Assembly (NCBI GenBank): GCA_013151235.1
Contig: JAADIO010000019.1
Coordinates: 51,926 to 71,925 of the forward strand
DNA length: 20,000 nt
From: Deltaproteobacteria bacterium
Lineage (GTDB): Bacteria; CG2-30-53-67
Reading direction: 5' to 3'
Shown here: piece by piece, positions 10,417-17,765 of the stretch
How the letters are laid out: each line of letters opens with the position of its first letter
Position numbering within the stretch: the first letter of the stretch is position 1
Notes under the pieces: generated by a model
Told to the model about the DNA's origin: nothing
Seen by the model: only the letters and a program-made list of their open reading frames with translations
The model's database searches: none
Program-made: the position numbers and the translations under genes

Positions 10417-10796
10417 GACGGACTTGCTTCCTTTAAGAGTGTCTTGACGGCGGACTGCAGGTCTTCCGCGTCAAAGGGCTTGGTAATATAGGTGTCGGCG
10501 CCCAGTGCCATTCCTTTCTTCCGGTCCTCCGCGCTCTTTTCCGTGGTGACGATGATGAGAGGGGTCTTGCTGTACGTTGGATGCTTCTTGACGAAGTTGA
10601 CCAGTTCCAGTCCATTGATGTCCGGCATGTTTATGTCGGTGATGATGAGATCGAACTGCCGGGCCGGCAGGATTTTGAGCGCTTCAAAGCCGCTGGCCGC
10701 CTCCGTGATGTCGCAGTCGCAGAGGTCCTCCAGTGTGGAGGCGATGAGCGCCCGCATTGTGGATGAATCTTCAACGATCAGTATGCACGGGTTCAC
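10413..10796 (-). CDS. cheY: Single-domain response regulator CheY (127 aa)
   Basis: GTG start at 10796 after AAAGGAG; ILIVEDS, DLIITDINMP, YITKPF. Confidence 0.92.
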   Translation of the reverse strand: MNPCILIVEDSSTMRALIASTLEDLCDCDITEAASGFEALKILPARQFDLIITDINMPDINGLELVNFVKKHPTYSKTPLIIVTTEKSAEDRKKGMALGADTYITKPFDAEDLQSAVKTLLKEASPS

Positions 10797-10827
10797 GGAT
10801 AGTTGCTCCTTTGTGTCAGGCGGATAG

Positions 10828-12156
10828 TTAATGCCGTTGCATGTCGTGCAGCTTCCGCTCCAGGTCGGAACGGTCCAGGACCATCCCCGCCTGGATGATG
10901 AAGATCTCCAGCGCTTCAATGTCGCCGATCGGTTCCCGCTTCTCCCCGTTGTCCCCGTAAAAGAGGGCCAGGGTTTCCGTTCCGCTGTTGACCGGAATCA
11001 CCAGAGATTCTTCCGGTTTTATGCCGCCGAGGGTTTCAAGGAGAACGGTATTCCAGCGGGTGGTTCCCGCCAGAGGTTGCACAACCCGGGCCCGGCGACG
11101 GATGGCTTCCGTCAGGATCGAGTCTTCGGCGGCGGGGATGACCAAGTTCCGGATCCGGTCATTGGCCTGGTTGTCTTCGCCGGGGAGACCGAACTGGCCG
11201 AACCCCCGGATCTCCCCGTCCCGGATAACGAAAAGGGCGGCGCGGCTCAGAAACTCCGAAGCGTAGCGAAGGATCAGCAGCAGGACCTCCGAAAGGCTGC
11301 TCGGGCCTTTCAGTTCTTCCACCATTGCTTTTAAACTGACGATCTCCTTCTGTTCCGTCTCGGGTTCCGGAAGTTCCATCTCGTCGCCGACTTCGAGGAT
11401 CAGTTCCTCCAAAAAGTCCAGGTCCTTCTTTTCTGAAGGGGGTGCTGCTTTTTCTTCAACAAGGGAGGCTGTGACCTTGTTTTCCGCCGTGTCGATCTCG
11501 TCCTGGACCGATTCCCAGAGTCCTTCGGGGTGACCGTCCGCGGGGGGTGGTCCTTCCGGTTCGGAAAGGGAAACAGGCGAATCCTCCATGAGAGAGGCAA
11601 ACCCGATCGGTCCTTTTGTCTCAGAACCGGAAGCTGCCTCGCGATGTTTCTCCTCATCGAGGAGCCTCAGTCCTTCAATAATCAGGTGCTGTGTCGGGAT
11701 GCCGTCCCGGAGGACAAACTCGGACGGGTAGGGTGGAAGAACCTCTTTCGGAGAAGAAAGGAGCTTGAATTCAAAATGCCCTTCATCCCATTTCAGCAGA
11801 TCAAAGATCACCCGCTGGATATATTCCATAAGAATCGGCTCAATCGTTTCCCTGGGAATGACCCGCTGTCGGACCAGGATCGTGGCCAACGGTTCCATGG
11901 TCTGTTCCTGGATCGAAAGAGCGGCATCCCTTTGCGCTTCAGTGATCAATCCTCTGGAGATGAGAAATACCCCGAGGGGAGACCGGTTGGGCGAGCTTGA
12001 GGCCTTGATGATGTTTCCATCAAGGAAGGTGATAGCGGCTTTCTGTTCCGGATGCTCAGCGGAGACGATTTTGAGGATACCGGTCCTCTTGCTCAGCGTG
12101 ACGATCTGAAAGATATCCGTCAGGGGAAGATCGACTAAGTTCCCGACAAGACTCAT
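10828..12156 (-). CDS. DUF4388 (PATAN-like) domain protein with acidic linker and C-terminal GAF-like domain
   Basis: N-terminus MSLVGNLVDLPLTDIFQIVTLSKRTGIL...LGVFL...LLKWDEGHFEF...LIIEGLRLLDE (DUF4388). C-terminus LLILRYASEFLSRAALF...GFGQFG...ALFYGDN (GAF-like). First gene of the che operon. Confidence 0.85.
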   Translation of the reverse strand: MSLVGNLVDLPLTDIFQIVTLSKRTGILKIVSAEHPEQKAAITFLDGNIIKASSSPNRSPLGVFLISRGLITEAQRDAALSIQEQTMEPLATILVRQRVIPRETIEPILMEYIQRVIFDLLKWDEGHFEFKLLSSPKEVLPPYPSEFVLRDGIPTQHLIIEGLRLLDEEKHREAASGSETKGPIGFASLMEDSPVSLSEPEGPPPADGHPEGLWESVQDEIDTAENKVTASLVEEKAAPPSEKKDLDFLEELILEVGDEMELPEPETEQKEIVSLKAMVEELKGPSSLSEVLLLILRYASEFLSRAALFVIRDGEIRGFGQFGLPGEDNQANDRIRNLVIPAAEDSILTEAIRRRARVVQPLAGTTRWNTVLLETLGGIKPEESLVIPVNSGTETLALFYGDNGEKREPIGDIEALEIFIIQAGMVLDRSDLERKLHDMQRH

Positions 12157-12297
12157 GGAAGAGTCCCCACCTTAAGTCGGACATCGAGTGGCTCAGTCAG
12201 GATGACCGGGGTACATGAAGCCTCCGGGGGATTCCCGGGGGATGAATTTTGTTTTCAGTTTGTGCCCGTGCGTCCGGACACGCAGGTCGTGAATTTG

Positions 12298-12326
12298 TTT
12301 ACAAACGATGCGGATTCCGTTATAAT
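12298..12326 (+). promoter_or_regulatory. Sigma70-type promoter candidate directed toward selB
   Basis: TTTACA (12298-12303), 17-bp spacer, TATAAT (12321-12326). The inverted repeat CGGATT/AATCCG overlaps the -10 box. Confidence 0.55.
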
Positions 12327-12556
12327 CCGTCAACGCTTTCGCTTATTTTTCAATATGTTTCGTTGTTGCCGAATACCATCGATACGGCAGGGGCGATTGT
12401 ATCGACGCCGGAACCCTGTAACGGTTTCTGTCTTATATAAACGATGATGAATAAAAAACAGATGGTAATCACTTGTTTTATTAATATTTTATATCATTTT
12501 ATCGTCTTGAAGTAAAGTCAAAAATTGTGTGATACTTTTTTGGCGGGGGGAGATCA

Positions 12557-12715
12557 AGGGGCAAAGGCAAGGGGCAGAGGGGCAAAGTCACAGAGGGACA
12601 AAGCAACGTAAAAGGCAAAAGCGGAAAGCGGCATCTCGCAGAGGACGCAAAGGGCGCCAAGGAAAAACAAAATCGAGAAAGCAATTTACCATGAAGCAGA
12701 TGAAGGCCATGAAGA
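12557..12715 (+). repeat. Purine-rich composite periodic repeat block upstream of selB
   Basis: 8-bp GGCA(A/G)AG(G) units at 12557-12603; 9-bp triple CGCAGAGGA-CGCAAAGGG-CGCCAAGGA at 12637-12663; 9-bp triple ACC-ATGAAGCAG-ATGAAGGCC-ATGAAGA at 12688-12715. Confidence 0.85.
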
Positions 12716-12784
12716 AGACCGATGCCGGGTATAAACCCTGTCGCGTCCCGGTTTAGCCGGGACGGGGAGCGGAAAGCGGAACCT

Positions 12785-14689
12785 ATGAAACACCTTATCC
12801 TGGGAACCGCCGGCCATGTGGACCACGGAAAGACCGCCTTGGTGCGCGCCCTGACCGGAGTGGACACAGACCGTCTCGAAGAAGAAAAGAAACGGGGGAT
12901 CACCATCGTCCTCGGGTTTGCCGAGATGGAACTGCCCGGCGGGATCCAGGTGGGGATTGTCGATGTACCGGGCCATGAGCGGTTCGTCAACCAGATGCTC
13001 GCCGGTGTCGGTGGGGTTGATATGATCATGCTTGTTGTGGCCGCCGACGAGGGGGTAATGCCCCAGACGCGGGAGCATTTCGATATCTGCCGCCTGTTGA
13101 ACGTCCGGAAGGGACTGACGGTGATCACCAAGACCGACCTTGTGGATACGGAATGGCTCGCACTCGTACAGCAGGATGTGGAAGGCCTCATTGAGGGGAC
13201 CTTTCTGGAGGGAAGGCCGGTCTGCCCGGTTTCCGCGAAGACCGGGGACGGGATGGGTGCGCTGAAAAAATCGCTGGCCGAAATTGCCGGGGAGGTGGAG
13301 GACCGGGATTCCCGCGGGATCCTGCGTCTCCCCGTGGACCGTGTCTTTACCATGAAGGGATTCGGAACGGTGATCACGGGGACCCTGCTCTCCGGCAATG
13401 TGAAAAACGGAGAGGCCGTGGAGATTCTGCCGGGCGGGCTCCAGGCCCGGGTTCGGGGGATGCAGGTTCATTCCAAATCGGTGGAGGAGGCGCTGGCCGG
13501 GCAGCGGACGGCCCTGAACCTGCAGGGGGTGGAGAAAGAGTCGATCCGCCGGGGGGATACGGTCACCGTCCCCGGTCTGCTGACCCCGACCTATATGGTC
13601 GATGCCGTGGTAACGCTTCTGCCCGATGTGGAGAAACCGCTGAAAAACCGTTCCCTCATCCGGTTTTATATCGGGGCGAGCCGAGGGGTCGGCAACATCG
13701 TCCATCTTGACCGGGAACAGCTCATGCCGGAGGAGCAGGGCTATGCGCAGATTCGTCTGCGGGAACCGGTGGTCGCCATGGGGGGGGACCGCTTTATTCT
13801 CCGCTCCGTCTCGGAGAACCGGACCATCGGGGGAGGGGAGATCCTCGACCCGCAGCCCCGGAAGCACAAGACCTCCGATCCGTCCGTGGTTCCCTCCCTG
13901 GAAGTCCTGAAAGAGGGAAGTCCCGAGGAGAAGGCCGTTGTTTTTCTCCGCCATGCCGGATTCTCCGGAATGGACCTGGCCGGTTTTCGTTGCCGTCTCC
14001 CCTTGGCGAAGGGGACGGCAAAAAAGATCCTCCAGCGGCTCCGGGAGCGTGGCGAGGCGGTGACTCTCTTGGCTGATACCCTGCATCTGCTCCATATGGA
14101 TCATCTTAAAAAGATTGAAAAGAAGACCTTGTCTGTCCTGACCGGCTATCATCGGAGCAAACCCCTGGAGCCGGGGATTCCGAAAGCGGAGCTGGCTTCC
14201 CGGCTCTCAACGATGATCGGGGAAAAGGTTTTTCCGTCGATCTTGAACCATCTTTCCCGCGGGGGGAAGGTGATTGTAGAGGAAAACCGGGTCCGTCTCC
14301 CGGAACACAAAGTTTGCTTGACCTCCGAAGAAGAGGAGGCGGCCCGTAAGATCGAGGCTCTTTATAAAGAGGCCGGGCTTGCTCCTCCCTACTCAAGAAA
14401 GCTTTCCGGAGAACTCGGATTAGAGGAAAGTCTGGTTGCCGAAATCCTGCGGCATCTCGTAGAACGGAAAAGTCTGACCCATATCCAGGGAGATCTCTTT
14501 ATGGACACAAAGGCACTTGAAGCGGGGAGGGAAAAGGTGCGGGCCGTTCTCGAAGGAGAGGGAGAAATCAGCGTTGCAGGGATGCGGGAACTTTTGGGAC
14601 TAACAAGGAAATACCTGATCCCCCTGTTGGAATACTTCGACGGGATCGGGTTTACGGCGAGAAAAGGGGATGTGCGGGTTCTGCGATAA
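12785..14689 (+). CDS. selB: Selenocysteine-specific translation elongation factor SelB (634 aa)
   Basis: [17 protein letters not shown]...EEKKRGITI...DVPGHERF...PQTREH...TKTD GTPase motifs; C-terminal winged helix ending [14 protein letters not shown]...RKGDVR. Confidence 0.98.
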   Translation: MKHLILGTAGHVDHGKTALVRALTGVDTDRLEEEKKRGITIVLGFAEMELPGGIQVGIVDVPGHERFVNQMLAGVGGVDMIMLVVAADEGVMPQTREHFDICRLLNVRKGLTVITKTDLVDTEWLALVQQDVEGLIEGTFLEGRPVCPVSAKTGDGMGALKKSLAEIAGEVEDRDSRGILRLPVDRVFTMKGFGTVITGTLLSGNVKNGEAVEILPGGLQARVRGMQVHSKSVEEALAGQRTALNLQGVEKESIRRGDTVTVPGLLTPTYMVDAVVTLLPDVEKPLKNRSLIRFYIGASRGVGNIVHLDREQLMPEEQGYAQIRLREPVVAMGGDRFILRSVSENRTIGGGEILDPQPRKHKTSDPSVVPSLEVLKEGSPEEKAVVFLRHAGFSGMDLAGFRCRLPLAKGTAKKILQRLRERGEAVTLLADTLHLLHMDHLKKIEKKTLSVLTGYHRSKPLEPGIPKAELASRLSTMIGEKVFPSILNHLSRGGKVIVEENRVRLPEHKVCLTSEEEEAARKIEALYKEAGLAPPYSRKLSGELGLEESLVAEILRHLVERKSLTHIQGDLFMDTKALEAGREKVRAVLEGEGEISVAGMRELLGLTRKYLIPLLEYFDGIGFTARKGDVRVLR

Positions 14690-14696
14690 AGAATCG

Positions 14697-14810
14697 AGGG
14701 GCAAAGGCAAGGGGCAGAGGGGCAAAGGCACAAAGGCACAAAGGCACAAAGTTAAAAGCAAAGGCAATCACAAAAAGCCTTCACCATGAAGGGCATGAAG
14801 GAATTGAAGA
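14697..14810 (+). repeat. Second copy of the purine-rich composite repeat block, downstream of selB
   Basis: 14697-14727 is identical over 31 bp to 12557-12587, followed by three GCACAAAG units. ACCATGAAGGGCATGAAGGAATTGAAGA (14783-14810) parallels 12688-12715. Confidence 0.88.
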
Positions 14811-14872
14811 GATCAAAACCAAAGGCAAAAGCAAAACTTATGGAAAGAGCAAAGTCAAAGGCAAAAAGCGAA

Positions 14873-14904
14873 GAACCACGGGGAACACGGGGAGTCACGG
14901 GGAA
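14873..14904 (+). repeat. Left arm of 32-bp inverted repeat enclosing the GxxExxY gene
   Basis: GAACCACGGGGAACACGGGGAGTCACGGGGAA (three CACGGGGA units); its reverse complement matches 15320-15351 at 30/32. Confidence 0.95.
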
Positions 14905-14908
14905 GGCA

Positions 14909-15316
14909 ATGAATACAGCCGATAAAACGCAAAAACGGCTGGTAGACTGTGATGACCGGTTAATAGATGTTGTTCTTGATGCTGCAACGTCGGTCCATTG
15001 TGAATTAGGACCCGGTTTGCTTGAATCCGTTTATGAAAAGGCCTTGATGGTGGAATTGGATGAGCGGGGAATTCCGGCGGAATGTCAGACTCTGATTCCG
15101 GTCCGTTATCATGGTCAGGACCTTGGGATGGGGTTCAGAGCTGACATCCTTGTCGATCGCTCTTTGTTACTGGAATTGAAGTCAGTCAAAGAAATCATCC
15201 CGATTCATATATCCCAAGTGATTACCTACCTGAAACTGTTGGGGCTGAAAAGAGGGTATCTGTTGAACTTTAATAAGCGGCTGATGAAAAATGGGATGAA
15301 GAGAATCTCTATCTGA
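14909..15316 (+). CDS. GxxExxY family protein (PD-(D/E)xK nuclease-like), 135 aa
   Basis: VHCELGPGLLESVYEKAL (GxxExxY), FRADILV...LELKSV (PD-ExK), QVITYLK...GYLLNF...GMKRI. ATG 14909 was chosen because the longer N-terminus in the ORF track is only translated repeat. Confidence 0.93.
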   Translation: MNTADKTQKRLVDCDDRLIDVVLDAATSVHCELGPGLLESVYEKALMVELDERGIPAECQTLIPVRYHGQDLGMGFRADILVDRSLLLELKSVKEIIPIHISQVITYLKLLGLKRGYLLNFNKRLMKNGMKRISI

Positions 15317-15319
15317 GGT

Positions 15320-15351
15320 TTCCCCGTGACTCCCCGAGTACCCCGTGGTTC
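15320..15351 (-). repeat. Right arm of 32-bp inverted repeat enclosing the GxxExxY gene
   Basis: TTCCCCGTGACTCCCCGAGTACCCCGTGGTTC begins 3 nt after the stop codon; an extra CCCCGTGGTT lies at 15393-15402. Confidence 0.95.
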
Positions 15352-15412
15352 AAGCTTTTCGGGGGTTGCTTTTGGGGGTTTTGAAAAAAATCCCCCGTGG
15401 TTAAAAGGTGTC

Positions 15413-15880
15413 ATGTCCTCTGATCTTTACACACAGGCGGAATCGCTTTACCGTTGCGGCGAATACAGGCGTGCGAAGCTCCTCCTGAAAAAGGAGGTCC
15501 CCCGGTCCGATTGTGATCCCCGTCTTGTTTCCCTCTACGGACTCATTCTTGCCCGCTTCGATGCAAGCTTCTACGGTTTTTCCCGCGGGCTCAAATGGTG
15601 CGGAGCTGCGCTCAAACGAAATCCCGATGACCCCATACTTCGTCTCCACCTTGGACTCGTCTATCTCTTCCACGGACTTCGTGCCCGGGCCGTCGTTCAT
15701 CTCGATGCAGCGCTCGCCATGGCCCCCGACGACCCGGCGGTCCGGGAGGCCCGGGGCCTCATGGGGTTTCGCCGCCGGCCCGTGATTCCCTTCCTTTCGC
15801 GGAAAAACCCCCTTAACATTCTTCTCGGTAAAACAGCCGTTTGGCTGAAAAAGACGTTTTCCCGCGAATTTTCTTCTTGA
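15413..15880 (+). CDS. Small tetratricopeptide-repeat protein (155 aa)
   Basis: TPR-like helices (AALKRNPDDPILRLHLGLVYL...AALAMAPDDP); C-terminal GFRRRPVIPFLSRKNPLNILLGK motif that I recognise from deltaproteobacterial TPR proteins; AAGGTG precedes the ATG. Confidence 0.75.
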   Translation: MSSDLYTQAESLYRCGEYRRAKLLLKKEVPRSDCDPRLVSLYGLILARFDASFYGFSRGLKWCGAALKRNPDDPILRLHLGLVYLFHGLRARAVVHLDAALAMAPDDPAVREARGLMGFRRRPVIPFLSRKNPLNILLGKTAVWLKKTFSREFSS

Positions 15881-15987
15881 CGGATCGAATATTCGGGTTT
15901 TATGATTGTTGAATATGATTGCTTTTTATTGGGTTTGTATGTGTGTTTTTTCCAGTTTTTTGGAAAGAACATTTTGACTTTTTATTC

Positions 15988-16016
15988 TTGACATATCTAA
16001 AAAGCACTGATATATT
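15988..16016 (+). promoter_or_regulatory. Near-consensus sigma70 promoter for the cyc2-like gene
   Basis: TTGACA (15988-15993), 17 bp, TATATT (16011-16016) with extended -10 TG at 16008-16009, in an AT-rich intergenic region. Confidence 0.7.
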
Positions 16017-16224
16017 TCTCAACCAATTAATCATATATTTCATGTAACTATCAGTTTTAACAAACATTAACCGCTTTTTCGCGGGGTGTCGGGATCGTAT
16101 CGGGTACCTTGCTGATCGATCCGGAAGGGGGTGATCACGGAAAACAAAACGTAAAGAATTGTTTGGAAAGGACAAGCTTTGTGTTTTAAGAGGACAGACA
16201 ATAAAAAATTCAAGGAGGACAGAC

Positions 16225-17463
16225 ATGAAACGTTTATTTCAAGGGGCGGTGCTCGCCCTGTTTGTGTTTTCAGTAACGCTGGTCATGGTTTCCGGTGATG
16301 CCGAGGCCATCCCGACCTTCGCCCGGAAGTACAATGTCGAATGCAGCATGTGCCACACCATCGTCCCGAAACTGAACCGGACCGGCTATGAATTCCGTCT
16401 CGCCGGTTATCGGATGCCGGACCAGATCGGCGAAGATGCCTCCAGCAATTTCAAGCTCGGAAACTTCTTCTCCGCCCGTATCCAGGCCGGCTACAAGTAC
16501 ACCAACCACAATGATCATGCAAAAAATAGTGATTGGAACAACAGTGATCTCTATTTCAAGGAGTTCACGATGTATCCTCTCTCCGGTTCCTGGGGAAAGA
16601 ACTTCGGCTCCCTGGCCGAGATCAGCATGGCTCCGGGCGACTCTCCAGAACTAGAAAATGCCTATGTCCGCTATGTCAACGGGAACAAGGACGCCTGGTG
16701 GCAGGCTCGTGCAGGATTGATGCACGCATGGGAAGGCTTCGGCGCCTCCGACCGGCCCCTGGGCCTCAGCCGACCCATGTTCCAGACAAACTCCGGGGCA
16801 GGTGCTTTTACTCCCTGGACGGACGAAATGGCGGCCGAGGTCGGCTACAACATGGCCACGACCGGGACCTCTGTTGCTCTCCGGATGAGCAACGGGATTA
16901 CCCAGGATGGCGGCCCGGCGCAGAGTATACAGACGGCCGGCGGCGACACATTTAAGAAAGATAGTTCGATAACCGGACACAACGACAAGAGCTATTCCCT
17001 CGTCGTGAACCAGTTCATCAACGACGACTCCGCTATGACCCTCTATTACTACAGGGGGAATGTTCCGTATACCGCTACGAACAAGGACACCTTTACCCGC
17101 TTTGCCGCCTATGCCAACTTCTGGGCGCTGCCCGACCAGTTGAACCTCCTCGCCGGTTACGGCTGGGGCAAGGACGATCTGGCCGACAGCAGTGCTGTCG
17201 ACTTGGGCAAAAGCAAGGGGTACTTCGTTGAGACGGACTACCATGTTTCCCCGACCTTTGCGCTGGCGGCCCGTTTTGATAAATGGGATCCATCCAACAA
17301 GAACAGTGACGACAAGGTCAGCGCCATTACCCTTTCCGGGAATGTCTTCACCATGGAAGGGCTTCAGCTCATCAGCGAGTATCAGCATAAGAAGAGTGAT
17401 GTGACAGGTGGTGGAAACGACAAGGACGACTCGATTAATTTGAGGATGATCTACATCTGGTAG
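16225..17463 (+). CDS. cyc2: Cyc2-like outer-membrane monoheme cytochrome c-porin fusion (412 aa)
   Basis: AAGGAGG RBS; signal peptide ending AEA; then IPTFARKY-NVE-CSMCH-TIV-PKLN-RTGYEFRLAGY (Cyc2 N-terminal signature); beta-barrel body with C-terminal aromatic RMIYIW. Confidence 0.8.
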   Translation: MKRLFQGAVLALFVFSVTLVMVSGDAEAIPTFARKYNVECSMCHTIVPKLNRTGYEFRLAGYRMPDQIGEDASSNFKLGNFFSARIQAGYKYTNHNDHAKNSDWNNSDLYFKEFTMYPLSGSWGKNFGSLAEISMAPGDSPELENAYVRYVNGNKDAWWQARAGLMHAWEGFGASDRPLGLSRPMFQTNSGAGAFTPWTDEMAAEVGYNMATTGTSVALRMSNGITQDGGPAQSIQTAGGDTFKKDSSITGHNDKSYSLVVNQFINDDSAMTLYYYRGNVPYTATNKDTFTRFAAYANFWALPDQLNLLAGYGWGKDDLADSSAVDLGKSKGYFVETDYHVSPTFALAARFDKWDPSNKNSDDKVSAITLSGNVFTMEGLQLISEYQHKKSDVTGGGNDKDDSINLRMIYIW

Positions 17464-17501
17464 TCCTGATTTCATCGAGTTGCCGAGGTTGTTACCTCAT
17501 G

Positions 17502-17532
17502 CCGGGGGTCCCCATCGGGCCCCCGGTTTTTT
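17502..17532 (+). terminator. Intrinsic terminator after the cyc2-like gene
   Basis: Stem CCGGGGGTCC / GGGCCCCCGG with a 5-nt loop, followed by TTTTTT. Confidence 0.85.
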
Positions 17533-17544
17533 ACCCCACCCCAA

Positions 17545-17568
17545 AGGGGTCAAGTCTGCTCTTGGCTC
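17545..17568 (+). repeat. Solo copy of the Y1-transposase element end
   Basis: AGGGGTCAAGTCTGCTCTTGGCTC is identical (24/24) to 18850-18873. Confidence 0.92.
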
Positions 17569-17765
17569 ATCTCGTCTTTCCGGTTCTCGGTACAACGTTA
17601 CAACTTCTTGACTCGATTGACTTTTTCGGTTAGTTTTCCTTCGACGTTGAGGTGACCTGCCGGGAGGTATGGCCCTGCCGGATGATTGTCGGAAGGTTTC
17701 TGTGGTCATCAATAATGGCCGGGAACGCCGATACAGCCTGTATGCTTCCCTGCATGGGGTTTAAG

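Noticed and set aside
23-12109. Many plus-strand ORFs over the che operon (e.g. 7085-9103 672 aa, 8782-9969, 3918-4787, 740-1363, 23-622)
   Set aside because: Antisense shadows of well-supported minus-strand genes; no recognisable motifs.
12221-12286. Small GC-rich hairpins (CCTCCGGG…CCCGGGGG; TGCGT-CCGGAC-ACGCA) as REP elements of the Y1 transposase
   Set aside because: Single copies far from the transposase and unrelated in sequence to its ends; cannot be supported from this window.
12529-12756. 75-aa Lys/Arg-rich ORF upstream of selB
   Set aside because: It is the translation of the purine-rich repeat block; its composition is explained by the DNA repeats.
12157-12784. tRNA-Sec (selC) or c-di-GMP riboswitch in the divergent intergenic region
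   Set aside because: No CTTCAAA anticodon loop with a GTTCGA T-arm, and no convincing GEMM two-hairpin pattern on either strand by eye; an Infernal/tRNAscan run would be definitive.
12686-14152. 488-aa minus-strand ORF
   Set aside because: Antisense shadow of selB.
12557-14904. CRISPR array interpretation of the repeats
   Set aside because: Units are 8-10-bp tandem periods without unique regular spacers; no cas genes in the window.
14786-14908. Lys-rich N-terminal extension of the GxxExxY ORF
   Set aside because: Consists of repeat units and the IR arm; the family-like sequence begins after ATG 14909.
16651-17475. 274-aa minus-strand ORF
   Set aside because: Antisense shadow of the cyc2-like gene.
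17497-17712. Minus-strand ORF next to the solo element end as a transposase remnant
   Set aside because: Identity to the transposase 3' end stops after 24 bp, and the matching frame hits a stop within about 16 codons.
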